64,000 bases of DNA, from NCBI GenBank assembly GCA_047967505.1, contig CM106538.1; one strand, 5' to 3'. Position numbers and translations under genes: made by a program. This DNA comes from Dipteris shenzhenensis. Lineage: Eukaryota. Below the pieces are notes generated by a model. That model made no database searches and was not told where the DNA came from. It worked only from the letters and a program-made list of their open reading frames with translations. Positions 55,701-64,000 of the stretch are shown here, piece by piece (the first letter of the stretch is position 1; every line of letters begins with the position of its first letter).

Positions 55701-58700
55701 AGTGGAAAACTGAGCACTCTTGAGTTCATCCAACAGGTCATCTATCCTGGGAAATGGAAACCTGTTTTTTATGGTGACCTTATTCAAGTCTCTATAGTCA
55801 ATGCACAGACGGTAAGAACCATCCTTCTTTTTCACCAGGAGTACAGGGGATGCAAAAGGAGAAGTGCTATGAGTGATGAAACTCTTCTGAAGTAAGTCCC
55901 TCACTTGAGTTGCCACTTCTTCCCATTCTACCTTAGAGAGTCGGTATGGGGCCTTATTGATTGGCTTACTGCTAGGTTCCAAGACTATGGCATGATCTAC
56001 ATCTCTTCTCAGAGGCAACTGTGATGGCAAATCAGCAAACACATCTGCAAACTCTGAGAGCAATCTCTGCATATCACAATCATCAACACGGGGAGTGCCA
56101 CCCTCTTTAGTTACTTACACATTTAATGCATATACGGCGCTGCCCCTCTTGAGCTCTCTGGCCAACTGCCTTGCTGAAATGACCTGCAATTTAGGAGCTG
56201 TAATACCATGCAATGTAACTGATCCATCCTTGTGGACAAAGCTGAGTGTTAAGGCATTAAAATCCATGCTGATTTTTCCCAATGATTGCAACCAATCACA
56301 GCCCAAGACAACATCTATTGGGCCCATGTCAATTGCCAAGAGATCACCTGCAAATGTATAGTCATCAGAGAACTTAATCCTTGCATCTTGGCAACAAGAT
56401 CTGCTGATCATATGTTGTCCATTGGCCACTTCTACTCTCAGCCCATGGTCTCAGTAGCAATCAGTCCAACCCTCTGTAAGGTCTTGTAGTTAACAAAATT
56501 GTGGGTGCTACCACTGTCCACATGCACAATCCTCCCATTAATCATCCCTGTTAATCTGATAGTATCAGCACTTTTGGCACCCATCAAGGCATGCATGGAA
56601 ATAGTATAAAGTGTTGGCTGAGCATCCCAATAAACCTCACCCTCGTTCACGGGAGCATTACCACTTGCATCTTCACGTGCATAAAAAGGTACCGCATCCT
56701 AATGCTCCACAGAAAAGAGTGTTGGCCTACAGCCTCTCATGCCACCAGTGGGCAGAATATCATACAAATGCGAAGCATGAGTGTCATGCGCAGTCGCACC
56801 ACCAGGATCAAAAGGCAAGTCGGTGCCCTTCGTGGCTCTAGTGTCAAAAGCCTCATCTGCATCATGTGTATTTGCCATCTCATCCTGAGACGTATCCAAA
56901 GAACCTGGGGCATCAAACAATTCCTCGTCATCTGAGAGGTTAATGATCATGCTAAGTTTGGCAGCACCATTGTTGCGCATCTTGCACACATTCCTATGCT
57001 CAGGAGTCCATTTCTCGCCACATTTAAAACTTTCTGCTGTCCATTATTGCCCATGTATGCTGTTTTATGTCAACCTGCTCATTTCCAGCAATAGGCTTGC
57101 CTCCAGGCTTGGCATCAGGATACTTGTAAGGCCTGGCATACGGCATCTTACTACCCGAGATAGTAGGAAAGCGAGGAAATGGTGCTGCTGCAAATTTCTT
57201 GTCAGTCCACTCAACAAACTTACCCCATAGCATGCGAGCTGCCCATGGCATTTCTGTGCTTGCCAGCATATTTAGGCTCGAATACTTCTGCAAGCTGAGC
57301 TGCCCTCTCAATTGTTTGAGGGTTATGTGCCTTCACATCTGCAGTGAGAGAAGAACTTAACCCATGGATGAAATGCAACAGCTTTCCCTTTACACATACA
57401 TCGTGCACAAACAGGGAAAGCCTCCAAAAGCGTTGCAAGTACTCTTGGACCGTACCGGTCTCTGACAAGGCATAAAATTCAGCCAAGTATTGATCCAATA
57501 CAAGTGGAGATACAAATGTAGTGACCATCAATTCTTTGAAACCCCTCCAAGTGGTTGGTTTCTGAGGCGAATCCCTCAAGCGGAAATAGTCTTCCAGCTT
57601 CGTGAGCCACTCCTCCAACTCATTGGGAGTGCGAGTGTCCCCTTTAAATTTATGCACTGTGAGTTTGTCCTTCATATCCTTGGCTGCATAATTCTTGTGT
57701 GTGTGACCTCCAAAAGTGCAGGCATCATCACGCTTGAGGTTCACATAATCGGAGAAGGACATCTCAAGTTTGATGGCCTCAGGTAGGGCCCTGTAAGAAC
57801 GCAAAGAATCTGCCAACATGTCATCAAAAGTGGCTTGTTGCCCACCACCAACCCCCTACTGCGTAGAAGCTGCTACCATCTGATGCACTGGCTGTGTCTG
57901 GCTATATGTGCTCGCTGGCGGAGCGATAGGTGCATGAACTCTGGGCTGGGTCTCTCTACCAAATGCATCTCTTCGAAATGATGGCATACCAAAGGGCTGA
58001 GAAGAGGACTGACCTCTCTCCCAAGGGTGTGAGCTGCCATATAAACCCAAGCCAACTCCAGGCATACTCGCTGGTGTGGTGAAAGGAGCACTAGCCGGAG
58101 AACACCAACGCCTCGGCCCAAAAGAGACGGCTCAGCCTGTATAGATGCAGAAATCTAAGAGCCAAAAGATGGCCTGACATCCTACAAGAAGGTACTCTGT
58201 GGCATAGAAAATGCATCATCTATGTCCAGATAATCCCCAAGCTGGGGTACATGCAATGGTCCAGAAGACTGATGCTCATAGGCACGACAGGCATCTGCCA
58301 TAAAACCCCTGCGTGGAGCAGACAAAACATCCTGACTGTTTGAATGGTCCCCTTACTAGGGTGCGGGCTGCTTACCCTTATCCTGCATAGCAATGGCAGA
58401 TGTGATCTGCTGACCAATCTGATGTCCCATTTGGACAAGAGCCGTATCATGCATAGTCATGGCTGTGGTAAGCTGCTGGCTGAACTCCTGTCCTATCTCG
58501 TGGAAAGCACCCTAGAGCATCGAGGAAAGAGCATCCAGAAACTATGTCTGTGCTGCTTGCACTTCTCGGGATGCAGGAGAGAGGCTGAGTGAAAGGAACC
58601 TCTGCACCACCAATGGATGCAACCACTGTGGCAGGCACTTGCTCATACTGAGCAGCCTCATCAGAGTCATGCGATATATCACGAGGAACCGCTTCGGTGC

Positions 58701-60601
58701 CATGGTGACAGGCCCTGGAGAGAGGAGCTCGAATGTAGGCAAGGAGAAATGGATAACAAAAGCCCTGCTGTAATGAGCCCCTGAGATAGTGCGTGGAAAA
58801 CACGAAAATGTCAATGGAGAGGCTCAGAAGAACGGTCGTCGAAGAAGCTTCAAAACGGAGCCAAAATGGCTCCAAACGAGCTCTGAAAGGCCCCTAAAAA
58901 GAGGCTGAAAGTGAACTATTTACCCTCTTTTTTTTCTTTTCTTTTTTTGTTGGGAGGGGGTACCTAAGTCACCTAGGACAGTTAGTACAGCAATAATCTA
59001 AGACTTCTAAGGCAATTAGGACTGTTGGTTAGTCTAACCTAACCAACCCATGAGGTACTCGATCCTAGTAAATTTGACCCAACCTAACCAGACCAAACTA
59101 ATTAAACCTAAACAAGGTAACTTAACCCACTAACTAGCTAGACCTAACCAAACCTAAACTAACCTAACCAACTAGCAAATCCCACTAACCCACTATAGTC
59201 AGGAACCTTAGAGGCTAAGGTTGTAGGTGGGTGTGGACGGCGGCGCACGAGCGTAGACTGGCGCGAAATGGGTGGCGAGGCATGTAGACGGGCGGGGGGT
59301 GGCACGACGGCGACGCAAGAAGCAGCAACGGGCTACGTAGGGCTTGGACGAAGGGCTAACGGCAATAGCGACGGCTGGACATGCGAAGGGTTGGAGAGGA
59401 GCGGGAGACGCAGGTTGGAGAGGAGAGACGATAGGATCCGGAGATTGAAGGTCTCCAGACGGGATTGAAGGCGTCCGATTGGGTTGGGTTTGAAGTAGTA
59501 AAGGGGAAGCGTCAATTTCCCAAACACATGCTGCTTGCAGGCGACGGTCTACACTCGACGGTCTTGCAGGATGTGTTGGGCTGCATGAGGCGCGACGAAC
59601 GATTCAGGTTAAGCAAGCATTTGTCGTTGACATTGGAGTTGAGATTGAGCACCACTTATTGAGTTCGTCTTGTCAGGCAGCTGGTCTAGGATAGGCTGAG
59701 CAATTTGCTGTAGGAAGGGAAGAGCATCAATGACTGTTCTGCTCCCTGCTTGTCTGCTTGCTCCTATGTCATTTATCCCCCACAATCGTGAACCTTGATA
59801 GTCGATCAGACTTTGCGTTGGACGTCAGACTCTCACGTTGGTCTACACGATGGATACGACTCCTAACTCTTGCGTTGGTCTACTTTTGGAGTCCGGAATG
59901 AAAGTGAATGGGAAAAACAATGGTGCTAGGGTCGGAGCTCTGATACCAATGTAGAGAAGGGATAGGGACAGATTTGGAGAAAGGGGGATAGAGGAGCAGA
60001 AGGGAGAGAGAGAGAGAGAGAGGGGAAGAGGGAGGGAAAAGGGTAGGAGAGAGAGAATGAAGTAGGAAAGAGAGGGAGAGATTGAGAGGGAGTAGGGAAG
60101 AGAGAGAGAGAGAGAGAGTGAGTGACCGTAGGCAGGAAGGAGGAAGGGAGAGTAGATGGGATTAGATGTCACATCAAAAAGTACATAGTGGGTGGATGGA
60201 AACTTTTATATTCCCTCCACATTCCCCCCCTAAAGGGCCTCTAACTTGGCCTCTTTTTCCCCTTCATTACATCTCTCTAGTTTCTCCCAGCATGCAGTTC
60301 CAACTCCCACTCCTGGCCATTTCACCTGCAGTTCAGAGCAGGCATCCATTCAATTGTTATCAATTCCAGGCTGCAGCAGTAGCAGTTCATGGCCTGCAGC
60401 TAGACGCAGCAGATCCAGTGTACCCAGGAGCCATACCAATTGGCACACATGTACAGACAGTTGTTATGGCACCTTTGGCCAGCATTTATAATACATAACT
60501 AAGCATGTTACAGTATTTAGGAAGATCTTCGATAGCCATTGTGATTGAGGTCTGTTGCACACATTCATGTACACACATTCAGTATACTTCCGCACATCAC
60601 A
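52766..60601 (+). mobile_element. Probable solo LTR (52766-53171 plus 60272-60601) split by a nested element
   Basis: TG start, TATATAA near 53116, ACTTCCGCACATCACA end; host RT remnant appears to resume beyond 60601; TSD poor. Confidence 0.55.
53172..60271 (-). mobile_element. Ty3/gypsy chromovirus (Reina-like) with short LTRs, defective
   Basis: LTRs 53172-53488 and 59950-60271; TSD TCTCT; PBS TGGTATCAGAGC at 59937-59948; gag, VDSGSTHNF, RT with core deleted at ~55650, integrase and chromodomain EYLIKWQGLP..ENSW. Confidence 0.95.
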
Positions 60602-61922
60602 GTAGATGGTCTCGCATGCCACATTGGAGTCCCAAGCATGGCATGGCAGTAAGTCCCCGCATGTTAGACAGTCACTTGACAATGGAGATGCTCCATCAGC
60701 CTCATGGAGAAGCTCTCAGGGACAATGAAGGTATCCTCGATCTAGGGTCAGCACCTGCTCCTCGATCTATGGTCAGCTCCTGCTCCTCCAAATACTAGCA
60801 AACCACCCTGGAACACAGGTACCATCCATGCAGCACCACATGTCCCACACACCAACATCCCAGCTTCGTCGTGCACTCCAAGTACCATCAATAAGTTCAT
60901 TCACAAAGACAACACTTCGTCAACTCCGCACATGCCAGGACAACAATCATCCATCTTACAGATGATCATCCAGCTGTCCCCCTCAAAAACTGAGAACAAC
61001 CTTGATCCTGCAAAGCATCTTGCTTCGTGATGTTTCCAACCCAACTATGTGCCGCACCATCTGCAATCAGGTCCATGAAACCTTGTGCAAGGAAATCCTT
61101 GTCATGCTCCACAAAGATCCCCACAGGCAGGAATACCTCCAATTGTCACCAAAGAGATTCCACTGACACAATCATCCTCCTCTGATCCTCCAGATCCCCA
61201 GTCTCCACCTAAAAGGCTTTGACAAATCACCACCTGGTCCTTCTAGCATCATGCCGGTAGGCCAACCTAGAGAGCAGCCTCCTCACCTTCATTGGTTAGC
61301 AACTTGAACTTACCAAAATCTTTGTCACCAACCCTAGGGCAAGCACCGAAAGCCTCCGCAATGAGAAAGAGCTTTCTGTCTGTATGGAAGGCTTTCTCCC
61401 TCCAATCTTCAACCATGCATTCCTCTACAAACGACCATCCAAAGCAATCTACTTAATAAAATAAATTGAGAAAACATACGCTGGGAATTCAGCCCAATGT
61501 TGCCATTGCAACAAGCCAGGTACACCCATAAGTACCATCATCTTCAGCATCCATGTGTAACTCTGTAAGCATGCCCCCCCTCGTAAACTCTAGCTCATCA
61601 TGCTTCACCTCTGAATGAGCACCTCCATCTCTGCCAGTGGTACTGGACTTGTCCTAAGATCCAATACTGAGCCACCTGCCATCTCCACCATGGTCAAGGT
61701 CTGTGCACCACTCCTTGATGTCTGCCATGAACACCGTCACGCTTGGGTCTACAGACCCTATCTTGGTGAGAGTCATTACCAAGAAAAGTTTCTCCATTGC
61801 CAGATTCTGTCTTTGATTGGTCCTCCTCCTTTGCTTGGTCAGCACTCTTCTTCTTGCACTCCTTTGCAAAATGTCCAAGCCTGCAATAGAAGCACTTCTT
61901 CTTGCTTAGCCCATCAAAAGAT

Positions 61923-62225
61923 ATACCTATCTAAGACTAGAATATGTCCAATCATACAAATTTAGATTTTTTGTTGTTCTAAAGACCAAAAATTAGCTGT
62001 TGGGGCTTCTGCACCCGCGTAAGATAAATTGATGTAGTTGAACAGCTGATCACCAGTGGGCGAAAATTCAAGAATTTGCATGTCCGCTAAGGTGATAGAA
62101 AAATATACCTTTGTAAGACTAGAATATGTCCAATCATACAAATTTAGATTTTTTGTTGTTCTAAAGACCAAAAATTAGCTGTTGGGGCTTCCCCGCGCAG
62201 GATAAATCGATGTAGTTGAACAGCT
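61923..62225 (-). mobile_element. Short non-coding, ~1.7-unit tandem element (182-bp period) sharing the PLE 3' terminus; putative non-autonomous PLE partner
   Basis: Units start at 61923 and 62105; the first ~70 nt of each match 49420-49491 with few differences; the remainder forms hairpins. Confidence 0.75.
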
Positions 62226-62749
62226 TTTTAAGAGTCCCTATCATCTTTTTAATCCCTAGCACCCTTCTTTTAATGGGCCTTACCTTTGATGGGCTTCTAC
62301 CCCATCAAAAGAGCCCCTATCATTTTTTTAATCCCTAGGACCCTTCTTTTAATGGGCCTTACCTTTGCCAAACTTGCCCTTGTCCATAAAGACGCATTGT
62401 CAGTGTCGTTCCCTTCATATAGATTCATTTGCACTTCCTCCATTCAAAAAATAAGTCCATGCTGCTTTGCACTTTTGCACGTGGCAATCCCACGGTCCCA
62501 AGAAAATTATGACTCCTTCACATAAACCCAAGGTTGACCAAGCTTACTACCCTACTACCGCTTCAGTTACAAGTTTCAGCACTGAAATTACAGAAACATA
62601 TAAATGAAAAACTGTGAAGCAGGTTTTCCACAAAAAAAGAATCCTTATAAAATTCACATTCTTTAGTTCCCAGATCTGATGAAAACTGCTCATCAGTTCA
62701 GCAACAAGAGTCCCCAGGTCACATCCAAATGCCTATGTTCAGTGTTTAC

Positions 62750-62880
62750 CATCTTGAAAGCACAAGTTGAAGTTGAACCCATGTGATGCCAGAAACTCCA
62801 AAGACGAAGCCTCGCAGGAAAAGGTAGACGTAGGTAGGTCAAGTGAGAGTTCGTCTCGAGGAAAAAGGTAAAAATTGTAC
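62750..62880 (-). CDS. PARN: PARN/CAF1-family exon upstream of the giant intron; earlier exons not found in this window
   Basis: YNFYLFPRDEL...FSCEASSLEFLASHGFNFNLCFQD(G); AG/GT borders. Confidence 0.88.
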
Positions 62881-63637
62881 CTTTAACATAAAGAGAGCAC
62901 TTTTTAGAAGCAGATAAAACTGCGAATTTTCCACACACACAAACAAATGTCATGAACAGTTGCCAACCTCTCCATATGCATTATGATACGTGTCACCTCC
63001 AAACAGAGAGATTGTGTCATCCACAAAATACAATTCAAAACTTTACAGTTTGCCTCAAGCCATCTAAATGATAACATCTATGCCTGGACTATCTTTGATA
63101 TTCCTGAAACCCAACTGTCAGTAAAGCATATCAGTGAACAGCTTAGTTAAAACTTTACACAGCAACAAAATATCTGTATATGCACTCCATCAGAGTCCAT
63201 ATCAAAAGCAGCAGACCCTATGGTCTTCCATTGTAGGATGCTTACAAGCTTCTTCAAACCTCACAAGTGCCAAAAAGTAGGTTGCAGATACAACTATTCC
63301 AAACACACAGCAGCATGCACCACTGCATTATACTAGTTTCCTTTGACAGAACCATAGGAAGGTCATCTTCTTTTCCATTGAGTTGGAACTCCGCATCACA
63401 AGAGGAATCCATCTTTCTAAGTATACATATAAGGCGTCACAGAAAATGCATTAAGATCAAGGCTTTTGAAAAGCAAGTCATGCACCCCCTTTGTAACAGG
63501 GAGATAGACTGACTCACTCTCTCTGCTGCTCAATACTAACTGAACTGAATAATGCTGCACTCAAACACAAGTGATGCTGTGGATTTGAGTGTGAGAATCA
63601 GAGGGAGAGAATATAGCGGGAAATGAATTATAGACAA

Positions 63638-64000
63638 TGTCTAGACCAGAGGGCTAAATACAACTGTAAATAAACAAGTATTGTAACAAAAGAGAGAACT
63701 AAAGACTGCTGTACCTGACTGAACCGGATGAGGACTAACTGAATGAGGGCTGGAAGGGACTGCTGGGCTGCTGCAGACTCTCCTGCCTTGATCCTGATCC
63801 TTGGAGCTGCTGCTGCTGAGGGCTAGAGTACTAGAAGACTTGGATGAAGAATGAAGCCAAGGGGCTGGCCTTATATAGGCTTTTAGGGCAGGTTGACCGA
63901 CCTGGTTGGCTGGCCAACACATCCCGTTGACCAGGTCAGCCAAAAGTCAACGTTGTTTAAAAGCCGACGCATTGATTTTTTTGACCAAAAAGTCAAACCT
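63638..64000 (-). repeat. LTR-like sequence running off the window
   Basis: TG boundary at 63638, TATA-like CTATATAAGG on the minus strand, and resemblance to 53040-53125. Confidence 0.45.

Larger units (their letters stand above)
35356..62749 (-). other. ~27.4-kb transposon-filled intron of the PARN-like gene
   Basis: GTAAAC donor at 62749 and TGCAG acceptor at 35356 join ...FNFNLCFQD-G-ISYLS, a motif that is contiguous in PARN proteins. Confidence 0.88.

Noticed and set aside
62040-62070. Hammerhead ribozyme in the small tandem element (CTGATCA...CGAAA on plus, GTGATCA on minus)
   Set aside because: The plus-strand core lacks G8 and the minus-strand core has UAA rather than GAAA after the stem; the canonical core is not satisfied.
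62890-63630. Further upstream PARN exons
   Set aside because: No DxE catalytic motif or QFG motif found; these exons probably lie beyond the window.

Overview
Eukaryotic, transposon-dense land-plant DNA; the repeat families and giant intron suggest a large-genome fern, which is inference only. Two host genes are visible. A ubiquitin gene (probably a ubiquitin-ribosomal protein fusion) runs off the left edge. A minus-strand CAF1/PARN-family deadenylase has seven recognisable exons, one separated from the rest by a ~27.4 kb intron (35356-62749). Most of the remainder is nested retroelement debris (Ty3/gypsy, Ty1/copia, solo LTRs, LINE and hAT fragments). The most unusual item is inside the giant intron: a young, 5'-truncated Penelope-like retroelement resembling the Naiad/Chlamys type (49420-52152). 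It has an uninterrupted reverse transcriptase frame, a perfect 19-bp target-site duplication and a pseudoknotted, ribozyme-like structure in its 3' UTR. About 12.5 kb away, a small hairpin-rich, partly tandem non-coding element (61923-62225) shares its terminal ~70 nt, suggesting an autonomous/non-autonomous pair. Also notable are a gypsy element with a second aspartic protease downstream of integrase and a chromovirus with a tRNA-Glu primer-binding site. All alignments and folds were done by eye.
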